Below are positions 19,194 to 26,818 of a stretch of DNA of 32,000 bases, piece after piece. Location: NCBI GenBank assembly GCA_937890765.1, contig CALADQ010000012.1:29043-61042 (forward strand), written 5' to 3'. This DNA comes from an uncultured Candidatus Neoarthromitus sp. GTDB taxonomy: Bacteria > Bacillota > Clostridia > Clostridiales > Clostridiaceae. Position numbers and translations under genes: made by a program. The first letter of the stretch is position 1. Each line of letters begins with the position of its first letter. The notes under the pieces were generated by a model. The model worked only from the letters and a program-made list of their open reading frames with translations, did no database searches and had not been told where the DNA came from.

Positions 19194-19310
19194 TATAGTG
19201 ATACTGGTTAATAAAAAAATAAAATTAAAATGTTTTCAGTAAGAATAAAATATGGCACCAACACGCCCTTTATAAATTAATTTTAAAGGCAAGGAGGTGT
19301 TATAAGAAAA

Positions 19311-20891
19311 GTGGAAGATGTTAGATCTTTTATGATAAGTACAACTTTATTCATATTAAATATAATTTTGGTCATATTTTTGCTGGGTTTTTTGTTTATT
19401 ACAAAAAAACGTTTAAAGAGACGCAGTGATGAGTCTATGATTAAAATGGCTGAAGAAGAAAAAAATCGAAAAATTTTGTTTGAGAATACGAAAAAAGAAG
19501 CAGAAGCTTTAAAAAAGGAATTATTAATAGAAGCCAAGGAAGACGCTCATAAATTAAGATTAGAGGTTGAGAAAGAATCTCGAGAAAGAAGAAGTGAAAT
19601 TCAAAGATTAGAGAGACGACTTCTTCAAAAAGAGGAAATCTTAGATAAAAAAACTGAAACTTTAGAAAAAAAAGAAGAAGAAATAAGTTCTCGTGTTACT
19701 GAAGTTTCGAGATTGGAACAGGAAATTCAAGAGATTAATTCACAAAAAAGGCGTGAACTTGAGATTATTTCTAATATGAGTTCTGAAGAGGCTAAAGCGT
19801 TTTTACTCGACGAAGTTAAAAAAGAAATAACTCATGAGTCAGCTGTTTTAATAAAAGAGTTTGAAGCAAAGCTCAAGGAAGAAAGTGCAAATAAAGCTAG
19901 AGAAATTATAACAGGTGCTATTCAGCGATATGCGGCAGATCACGTTTCTGAATCTACTGTACATGTTGTAACTCTTCCAAATGATGAAATGAAAGGCCGT
20001 ATAATTGGTAGAGAGGGCAGAAATATTAGAACTCTAGAAATGCTTACTGGTGTTGATTTAATTATAGATGATACTCCTGAAGCTGTAGTAATATCAAGTT
20101 TTGACCCTATTAGAAGAGAAATTGCCAAAATAGCTCTTGAAAAACTTATTTTGGATGGACGTATACATCCTACTAAGATTGAAGAAATGGTTGAAAAAGC
20201 AAAAAAAGAAATAGATAATGAAATAAGAGAAACGGGTGAACAGGCATTATTTGAGACTGGTATCAATGGGGTTCATATTGAGATTGTAAAATTATTAGGA
20301 AGGTTAAAATATAGAACTAGTTATGGACAAAATGTTTTGAAGCATTCTATTGAAGTAGCTTATTTGGCTAGCAATATGGCGTTTGAGCTAGGTTTAGATG
20401 CGAATATCGCTAAAAGAGCTGGTTTGCTTCATGATATTGGAAAAGCTTTAGATCATGAGATTGAAGGTCCTCATGCTGTTATTGGTTATGAATTTGCAAA
20501 AAAGTACAATGAGTGTGATGCTGTTGCTGAAGCGATAGGAGCACATCACGAAGATATACCTATGACAAGGTTTGAATCTGTATTGGTTCAAACCGCTGAT
20601 GCTATATCGGCCGCTCGTCCAGGGGCTAGAAGAGAGACTTTGCATACTTATATAAAACGGTTAAATCAGTTAGAATCTATAGCTAATTCTTATGAAGGCG
20701 TAGAAAAGTCTTATGTTATTCAAGCTGGAAGAGAAATAAGAATAATAGTTAAACCAGATATTATTGATGATTTGAGTGCTACTTGCATGGCAAGAGATAT
20801 TGTTAAGAGAATTGAAAAAGAATTGGAATTTCCAGGACAAATAAAGATAAATGTTATAAGAGAAACTAGAGCGATTGAATTTGCGAAATAA
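19311..20891 (+). CDS. rny: Ribonuclease Y
   Basis: N-terminal TM helix, a long charged coiled-coil, KH domain ([15 protein letters not shown]) and HD domain ([12 protein letters not shown]...GAHHED). GTG 19311 lies 13 nt after GGAGG, so the start may differ slightly. Confidence 0.95.
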   Translation: MEDVRSFMISTTLFILNIILVIFLLGFLFITKKRLKRRSDESMIKMAEEEKNRKILFENTKKEAEALKKELLIEAKEDAHKLRLEVEKESRERRSEIQRLERRLLQKEEILDKKTETLEKKEEEISSRVTEVSRLEQEIQEINSQKRRELEIISNMSSEEAKAFLLDEVKKEITHESAVLIKEFEAKLKEESANKAREIITGAIQRYAADHVSESTVHVVTLPNDEMKGRIIGREGRNIRTLEMLTGVDLIIDDTPEAVVISSFDPIRREIAKIALEKLILDGRIHPTKIEEMVEKAKKEIDNEIRETGEQALFETGINGVHIEIVKLLGRLKYRTSYGQNVLKHSIEVAYLASNMAFELGLDANIAKRAGLLHDIGKALDHEIEGPHAVIGYEFAKKYNECDAVAEAIGAHHEDIPMTRFESVLVQTADAISAARPGARRETLHTYIKRLNQLESIANSYEGVEKSYVIQAGREIRIIVKPDIIDDLSATCMARDIVKRIEKELEFPGQIKINVIRETRAIEFAK

Positions 20892-21041
20892 TTAAAATCC
20901 TATATTTATGTTGATTTATATTTATATTGTTAGCATCTATTCATTACTTTAATTTAGTTTTGGGTAGTTTATTATATATATTTTTATTTATAATTGAAAG
21001 TTTATATGTAATATAGTTATATTATTGTAGGGGGATTAAAT

Positions 21042-21302
21042 ATGGAAGTGTTAAAAGTTTCTACAAAATCAAATCCAAATTCAGTAGCAGGTGCGTTGGC
21101 AGCTATTTTGAAAGAAAAATCATTGGTGGAAATTCAAGCTATCGGAGCTGGTGCTATAAATCAAGCTGTTAAAGCTGTAGCTATAGCTAGAGGTTTTGTT
21201 GCTCCAAGTGGAAAGGATATTGTTTGTATACCTGCTTTTACAGATATACAAATAGATGGGGAAGAAAGAACAGCTATTAAGTTAATAGTTCAGCCGAGAT
21301 AA
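21042..21302 (+). CDS. spoVS: Stage V sporulation protein S family protein
   Basis: The 86-aa protein is nearly collinear with B. subtilis SpoVS: MEVLKVS.KS.PNSVAGALA...EIQAIGAGA.NQAVKA.AIARGFVAPSG.D..CIPAFTDIQIDGEERTAIKLIV.PR. Confidence 0.93.
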   Translation: MEVLKVSTKSNPNSVAGALAAILKEKSLVEIQAIGAGAINQAVKAVAIARGFVAPSGKDIVCIPAFTDIQIDGEERTAIKLIVQPR

Positions 21303-21335
21303 TCTTTATAAAATAAATAATAAATTATTAATTGT

Positions 21336-21366
21336 GCAAGAATACTTTTGTATTTCTTGCTTTTCC
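21336..21366 (+). terminator. Intrinsic terminator after spoVS
   Basis: GCAAGAATAC pairs with GTA(T)TTCTTGC: 10 bp with one bulge and the 4-nt loop TTTT. It is followed by TTTTCC. Confidence 0.65.
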
Positions 21367-21435
21367 TATTAAATAAAGTTAAAATTTACTATGTTCGTAA
21401 ATTATTTATTCTAAATAAAAAGGAGAAAATCAAAA

Positions 21436-21696
21436 ATGCAATCAATAAAAGTAATAATTTCTAATGATACTGGTTTGCATGCTAGACCGGCGACGTTGTT
21501 AGTAAAAAAAGCCTCTTCTTTTAAGTCTGATGTAAGTATAGAGGCCAATGGAAAAAAAGTTAATGCTAAAAGTTTAATCGGAATATTATCACTAGGTGCT
21601 ACAAAAGGCACTGAAGTTAGTGTTATAACTTCCGGTGAAGATGAGTTAGAAGCTGTTGGCGAAATAGCTAAGTTAATTGAAACTTTGGAAGATTAA
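21436..21696 (+). CDS. ptsH: Phosphocarrier protein HPr
   Basis: His15 context TGLHARPA and Ser46 context VNAKSLIGILSLG in an 86-aa protein. The SD AAGGAG lies upstream. No ptsI is adjacent. Confidence 0.93.
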   Translation: MQSIKVIISNDTGLHARPATLLVKKASSFKSDVSIEANGKKVNAKSLIGILSLGATKGTEVSVITSGEDELEAVGEIAKLIETLED

Positions 21697-21765
21697 TATT
21701 TTTTGCTAAGCAGATAAAAATAATGTGGTGTTTGTTAATTCTGGCACTATATTATTTTTAAACAC

Positions 21766-21801
21766 AAAACTTCGCAAAATTTATATTTTGCGAAGTTTTT
21801 T
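21766..21801 (+). terminator. Strong intrinsic terminator after ptsH (perfect 15-bp inverted repeat)
   Basis: AAAACTTCGCAAAAT (21766-21780), loop TTAT, ATTTTGCGAAGTTTT (21785-21799), running into a T-tract. The A-tract on the 5' side makes it formally bidirectional. Confidence 0.8.
21769..21796. other. Candidate Xer-type core recombination site (alternative reading of the same palindrome)
   Basis: ACTTCGCAAAA-TTTATA-TTTTGCGAAGT has perfect 11-bp inverted arms around a 6-bp AT-rich asymmetric centre, 24 nt upstream of the xer ATG. It matches the B. subtilis dif sequence as I recall it at 20 of 28 positions. See findings; this is speculative. Confidence 0.25.
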
Positions 21802-21820
21802 AGAAAGGATTTATCTACAT

Positions 21821-22762
21821 ATGAAAAATAATGATTGCCCGATAATATTATCAGACTTTTTAGATTATTTATCAGTTGTGAAAGGAAAATCACCTAATAC
21901 TTTAAAAGAATACAAACTTGATATTATTAATTTTTTTAAATTTATAATAAAGCGTAAGCGGTTAAGAATTTCATGTCATAAAATCGATTTAGAAGCTCTA
22001 AAAAATGTTTCATTGAGTGATATGTATGCTTATATGAATTTCGTTAAAAATGAGCGTTTAAATGGACCGAGTGCTAGAAGCCGCAAAACTGCTTCCCTCA
22101 GAACTTTTTATAATTATCTTACAAACAAAATTAAAGTAATTGATAAAAACATTACTTTGGAATTAGAATCTCCGAAAATTCCTAGACGTAATCCTATATA
22201 CTTAAATTTTCAAGAATCAAAATCATTATTAAATTCGATTGACTCTAAGAGTAAATTTTATTCTAGAGACTGCTGTATGATAATTACATTTTTAAATTGT
22301 GCATTAAGACTTTCGGAATTGTGTTCCATTAATATAAACGATATAGATTGGGAAAATAATTCTTTAAATATTGTTGGTAAAGGTGATAAAGAACGAATTA
22401 TATATTTAAATAATGCTGTGTTAAATTCAATCAAAAATTATTTAAATGATAGAAATAATTATAAAATACATAATGAACACAAGGAAGCTTTGTTTATTAG
22501 CTCTAAAGGAATGCGAATAAGCAATAGAGCTGTTCAATTAATAATAAAAAAGTATAGTAAAGATGCTAATATTGACAAATCCATAACGCCTCACAAATTA
22601 AGACACACATCTGCAACTTTAATGTTTAAACACGGGAAAATAGATATAAGAACTTTGCAAAAGGTTCTTGGGCATGAAAATATATCGACAACGCAAATAT
22701 ACACTCATGTAGATGATGAAGGAATTAAAAAAGCATTTGAATCAAATCCTCTAAATTTTTAA
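21821..22762 (+). CDS. Tyrosine site-specific recombinase, XerC/XerD family
   Basis: N-terminal SAM-like core-binding domain (LSDFLDYLSVVKGKSPNTLKEY; SARSRKTASLRTFYNYL). A full catalytic set is present: R (ALRLSEL), K (GKGDKER), HxxR (PHKLRHT), H (LGHENISTTQIY) and the nucleophile Y (IYTHV). ATG 21821 is preferred because the track ORF from 21725 runs through the ptsH terminator. Confidence 0.85.
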   Translation: MKNNDCPIILSDFLDYLSVVKGKSPNTLKEYKLDIINFFKFIIKRKRLRISCHKIDLEALKNVSLSDMYAYMNFVKNERLNGPSARSRKTASLRTFYNYLTNKIKVIDKNITLELESPKIPRRNPIYLNFQESKSLLNSIDSKSKFYSRDCCMIITFLNCALRLSELCSININDIDWENNSLNIVGKGDKERIIYLNNAVLNSIKNYLNDRNNYKIHNEHKEALFISSKGMRISNRAVQLIIKKYSKDANIDKSITPHKLRHTSATLMFKHGKIDIRTLQKVLGHENISTTQIYTHVDDEGIKKAFESNPLNF

Positions 22763-22769
22763 AACAACA

Positions 22770-22802
22770 AAATCCTAACTCGTAATTTACAAGTTAGGAT
22801 TT
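22770..22802. terminator. Bidirectional terminator at the convergence of xer (+) and ynbB (-)
   Basis: AAATCCTAACT (22770-22780) pairs with AGTTAGGATTT (22792-22802): 11 bp with an 11-nt loop. A T-run follows on the + strand (ATATTTTTT), and TTGTTGTTTT follows on the - strand. The ynbB stop codon (22787-22789) lies in the loop, and its last codons form the 3' arm. Confidence 0.7.
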
Positions 22803-24058
22803 ATATTTTTTATATAATTTAATAATGCTAACTGTCCATGTTCAAATGTTAATGAACCTTGTAAATACGCAACATATGGTTTTCGTATTGGAGCATCGCA
22901 TGATAATTCTATTGAAGCTCCTGACACAAAAGTTCCTGCTGCCATAATAACTTTGTCTTCGTATCCTGGCATATCCCAAGGTTCGCATTCTAAAAATGAA
23001 TCTACAGGAGAATTTTTTTGAACATTCTTACAAAAAATTATTATTTCATTTTCTGTATTAAATTTGATAGCTTGAATTATATCGCTTCTTTTTTCATTAA
23101 ACTTTGGATAAACATCATAGTTTAAATTTTCAAAAATTTTTGCAGCAAACACCGAGGTTTTCATTGCTTCAACAACAATGTGAGGTGACATGAATAATCC
23201 TTGAAAAACTTGTCTTAAATTAGTTAGGCTCGCTCCACATTCTCCACCAATTCCTGGAACAGTCAATCTATACGCAGCATTTTCGATCAACTGTTTTTTT
23301 CCAACTATGTAGCCTCCTGTTGGAGCTAATCCTCCACCAATATTTTTAATTAAAGAACCAGCCATCAAATCAATACCAATTTCACTAGGTTCGATTATTT
23401 CCGTAAATTCACCATAACAATTATCTACAAAAATATTTATGTCTTTATTCGTACCCTTTATAATTTTTACTATATGTTTTATTTCGTCTACTAAAATAGA
23501 TTTTCTAAGAGAATAACCTCTTGAACGCTGAATATATATCATTTTTATTTTAGGATTATTAATAATGGTTTCAACAATTTTATCTACATCAAATTTGTCA
23601 TTTTTTAAATCGCATTCAAGATATTTTACTCCTAAATCTTTTAAGCTTCCTTTATATTCTTCGTGGTCATCTAATCCAATTATATTTTGTATTGTATCAT
23701 AAGGTTTGCCCGTTATTGAAAATAGAATTTCTCCTTTTGTTAAATTGCCAAGGATTGCACACCCTATTGCATGAGTTCCATTTACAAATTGCAATCTAAC
23801 CAAAGCACTTTCCGTTTTAAAAATTTCCTTGTATAAATTTTCGATGCCCTCTCGTCCTAAGTCCGTGTAAGCATAACCTGTCGTGCTGACAAAATGTGAA
23901 TCAGATATTTTATGTTCTTTAAAGGCTTGTAAAACTTTGTGCTGATTGTATAATTTTAAATAATCTAAATCTTCAAATACAAATTTTACATCATCAATAC
24001 TACGTTTATATAAATCATAAATTTTATTTCCAAATAAATCTTTAACAAAACTACTCAT
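22787..24058 (-). CDS. ynbB: PLP-dependent Cys/Met-metabolism family enzyme, YnbB / 'aluminium resistance protein' (methionine gamma-lyase-like) family
   Basis: At 423 aa, the overall pattern matches the YnbB family as I remember it (...TGYAYTDLGREGIE.LY..IF.TE.ALVR.QFVNGTHAI...SITG.PYDT...; DNCYGEF.E..EP...G.DL.AGSLIKN.GGGLAP.GGYI.GK). There is only an 18-nt gap after miaA. Confidence 0.75.
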   Translation of the reverse strand: MSSFVKDLFGNKIYDLYKRSIDDVKFVFEDLDYLKLYNQHKVLQAFKEHKISDSHFVSTTGYAYTDLGREGIENLYKEIFKTESALVRLQFVNGTHAIGCAILGNLTKGEILFSITGKPYDTIQNIIGLDDHEEYKGSLKDLGVKYLECDLKNDKFDVDKIVETIINNPKIKMIYIQRSRGYSLRKSILVDEIKHIVKIIKGTNKDINIFVDNCYGEFTEIIEPSEIGIDLMAGSLIKNIGGGLAPTGGYIVGKKQLIENAAYRLTVPGIGGECGASLTNLRQVFQGLFMSPHIVVEAMKTSVFAAKIFENLNYDVYPKFNEKRSDIIQAIKFNTENEIIIFCKNVQKNSPVDSFLECEPWDMPGYEDKVIMAAGTFVSGASIELSCDAPIRKPYVAYLQGSLTFEHGQLALLNYIKNINPNL

Positions 24059-24076
24059 GTATTAAAATCTTAACTC

Positions 24077-25012
24077 CTATTTGCAGTTGTAGTAATCTTC
24101 AATTATGTAATTCAAAATTTCATCATCATTCATATTATCTTTTTGAATGAAATGATTACGCTTTTCTTTTTTGAACCATGTCAACTGACGTTTCGCATAA
24201 TTACGAGAATTTTTTTTAATAAGCTCAATCATCTCACCTAAAGAAATATTATTTTCCAAATACTCAAAAACTTCTTTGTAGCCTATACCTTGCATAGATT
24301 GAAATTCTTTTTTGTAGCCAAGCTTTTTTAAATTTTCAACTTCATTTACAAGACCTTCTTCAATCATAAAATCAACTCGTTTGTTTATGTTTTCATATAA
24401 ATTTTTTCTTTCAAGATTCAAAATATAATATTTGAAATCATAAATCGCTTTTTCATCTTCATCATACTTAAATGAGCTAAATGGTTTTTTCGTTAAATGA
24501 TAAACTTCCAATGCCCTAATAACTCTTTTCAAGTTGTTATAATGAATTTTCTTGTAGCTTTCGTAATCAATTTGTTTTAACATATTGTGCACATATTGAT
24601 TACCCTTTTCTGTTGCCAAACCTTGAAGATAAATTCTGTACTCTTTATCTTCACCAGAGGTGCAATGCTTTTGATTGTAAATGAGTGACCTTATGTAAAG
24701 ACCAGTTCCACCAACAATTAATGGTAATTTATTTTTAGATATTATTTCATCTATATTTTTTTTTGCTAAATCAACATACATCGAAACATTAAATTCTTCA
24801 TCAGGCTCACAAACGTTTATTAAATGGTGGGGTACTCCATTCATTTGCTCGGGTTTAATTTTTGCAGAACCAATATCCATGTGTTTGTAAATTTGCATGG
24901 AATCAGCTGAAATTATTTCACCGTTCATTCGCTTAGCTAATTTTATGGATAAATTAGTTTTGCCAACCCCAGTAGGCCCAGCTAATATTAAAATTTTTTT
25001 GTCTTTAATCAC
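24077..25012 (-). CDS. miaA: tRNA dimethylallyltransferase MiaA
   Basis: P-loop [42 protein letters not shown] and [12 protein letters not shown] start preceded by AGAGGG. Confidence 0.93.
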   Translation of the reverse strand: MIKDKKILILAGPTGVGKTNLSIKLAKRMNGEIISADSMQIYKHMDIGSAKIKPEQMNGVPHHLINVCEPDEEFNVSMYVDLAKKNIDEIISKNKLPLIVGGTGLYIRSLIYNQKHCTSGEDKEYRIYLQGLATEKGNQYVHNMLKQIDYESYKKIHYNNLKRVIRALEVYHLTKKPFSSFKYDEDEKAIYDFKYYILNLERKNLYENINKRVDFMIEEGLVNEVENLKKLGYKKEFQSMQGIGYKEVFEYLENNISLGEMIELIKKNSRNYAKRQLTWFKKEKRNHFIQKDNMNDDEILNYIIEDYYNCK

Positions 25013-25018
25013 AAAAAT

Positions 25019-26818
25019 TTAAACCCTCTTAAACATTTTTTCGATTTCATACAATGAAAATTTTATTATTATTGGTCTTCCATGAGGACACGTAAAAGGA
25101 TTATCCAATTTCATTAGCTTTGATATCAAAATTTTTATTTCTTCCGTATTCAATTTACAATTTGCTTTAACAGCACTCTTGCAAGATTTGCTCGCAATAA
25201 AATCATATTTCACTTCTTCAAGCGAACCAGAACCAAAATTATCAATGTTCTGAATAATATCTAAAATCAAATCTTTTAAATCACAATTTTTAAATTCTGA
25301 AGGTACTTCTCTAATAACTATAGAATTATCTCCAAAATTTTCAATCGTAAATCCGCAATTCCAAAAACAATTTTTATTGTTTTCATAAACGGCATACTCC
25401 AATTGTCCAAGTTCTAAAACTATAGGAATTATTATTTGTCTAACGACAGTTTCGTTTTTTATATTTTTCATAAATTCTTCGAATAGAATTTTTTCATGCG
25501 CTACATGCTGATCAATTATATACAAATTTTTATACCATTCACCAATTATGTACGTATTATTGTATTGTCCTAATATTTTAAAGTCTGAAATTTTATTTTC
25601 TTCAAGAAACTCAAATTTCAAATCCTCTTTGAGTTCTACCAAATGACCATCAAATTCTTTTTCAGTAACAAGATTATACGGAACACTGCTATCTTTATCG
25701 AATTTATTTTTTTGTATATTTTTTTTCAACTCTTCGTTCGTGAAATTCTCTTTTGAATTTGTTGTAAAACTGCTATCGCATTGTGATGAAATACTATAGA
25801 AATCTTTTTTTCCTACCAAAGTAGAATTTGACAAATAATCATTTAACTCACTTACAAAAGTCCTATATAAAAAGCCATAAACCATTTTTTCATCTTCAAA
25901 TTTGATTTCAGCTTTTGTCGGATGAACATTTACATCTATAGAGCTAGAATCTAAATTTATAAACAAAATGAAAAATGGAAATTTGTTTACTGTCATATAA
26001 TTTCTGTAAGCATTTTCAATTGAGGAAACCAAACTTTTATTTTTAACAATTCTATTGTTAACAAATAAATATTGATTGTTTCTTGAACTCTTACAAAAGT
26101 TAATATCTCCAATATATCCAAAAATATTCAAATTTTCACAATTATTTTCAACAAAAAATAAATTTTCCAAAACGCCATTTCCAAAAATGCTTATTACAGC
26201 ATCACGCAAACTCGTTCCCATAGTTTTAAAAATTAATTTTCCATTCGCCACATACTCAAAACAAATTTCGTAATTTGAAATTGCAAGTCTTGTTACAACA
26301 TCTCTTATGATTGCGCTTTCTCTCGCTTCGCTTTTCAAAAATTTCAATCGCGCGGGAGTATTAAAAAATAAATCCCTAATTTCAACTTCGGTTCCAACGT
26401 TGCAAGAACATTCTTCTTTGCACAAAATTTTTCCGCCCTCAATTTTTATACTCATTCCAAAATCAAATTCTTCACTTCGTGATTTGAGAAAAACTTTTGA
26501 AACTTCCGCTATACTCGGAAGAGCCTCTCCCCTAAATCCCAAAGAATTTATATTGCAAAGATCATCTTCATTTTGAATTTTACTCGTTGCGTGTGGAAGA
26601 AAAATTTTTTCAATATCATCATGATGAATTCCATGCCCATCATCACAAACTTTAATCGATTCTCTTCCTCCACCTGACACCTCAATTAAAATATTTTTTG
26701 ATTTTGCATCAATACTATTTTCAACGAGTTCTTTAACAATAGCTGCCGCTCTTTCTACAACTTCACCAGCTGCAATTTTATTTGCAACCGAACTATCTAA
26801 AACTTTAACTCTTCTCAT
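25019..26818 (-). CDS. mutL: DNA mismatch repair endonuclease MutL
   Basis: GHKL ATPase N-terminus (IAAGEVVERAAAIVKELVENSIDA, DDGHGI, GFRGEAL). C-terminal endonuclease motif DQHVAHEKILFEE and zinc motif CPHGRP. The start overlaps the mutS stop (ATGA). Confidence 0.95.
   Translation of the reverse strand: MRRVKVLDSSVANKIAAGEVVERAAAIVKELVENSIDAKSKNILIEVSGGGRESIKVCDDGHGIHHDDIEKIFLPHATSKIQNEDDLCNINSLGFRGEALPSIAEVSKVFLKSRSEEFDFGMSIKIEGGKILCKEECSCNVGTEVEIRDLFFNTPARLKFLKSEARESAIIRDVVTRLAISNYEICFEYVANGKLIFKTMGTSLRDAVISIFGNGVLENLFFVENNCENLNIFGYIGDINFCKSSRNNQYLFVNNRIVKNKSLVSSIENAYRNYMTVNKFPFFILFINLDSSSIDVNVHPTKAEIKFEDEKMVYGFLYRTFVSELNDYLSNSTLVGKKDFYSISSQCDSSFTTNSKENFTNEELKKNIQKNKFDKDSSVPYNLVTEKEFDGHLVELKEDLKFEFLEENKISDFKILGQYNNTYIIGEWYKNLYIIDQHVAHEKILFEEFMKNIKNETVVRQIIIPIVLELGQLEYAVYENNKNCFWNCGFTIENFGDNSIVIREVPSEFKNCDLKDLILDIIQNIDNFGSGSLEEVKYDFIASKSCKSAVKANCKLNTEEIKILISKLMKLDNPFTCPHGRPIIIKFSLYEIEKMFKRV

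Noticed and set aside
19940-20266. A 108-aa ORF antisense to rny. The same applies to 10801-11118 in pnp, 14784-15086 in ftsK, and the 63-95 aa plus-strand ORFs inside mutS, mutL and miaB.
   Set aside because: All are nested in strongly conserved genes on the other strand. They are S/I/L-rich with no recognisable motifs and no translation signals. I treat them as frame shadows.
21725-21820. N-terminal extension of the xer ORF (MVFVNSGTILFLNTKLRKIYILRSFLERIYLH).
   Set aside because: It would be translated through the ptsH terminator hairpin. The recombinase core-binding domain starts right after ATG 21821, which is preceded by AAAGGA.
21821-22762. The tyrosine recombinase as the integrase of an integrated mobile element or prophage.
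   Set aside because: There is no adjacent tRNA, excisionase, phage, IS or conjugation gene, no flanking direct repeats that I could find, and no compositional break. Both neighbours (ptsH and ynbB) are housekeeping genes. A chromosomal Xer-type role is more parsimonious.
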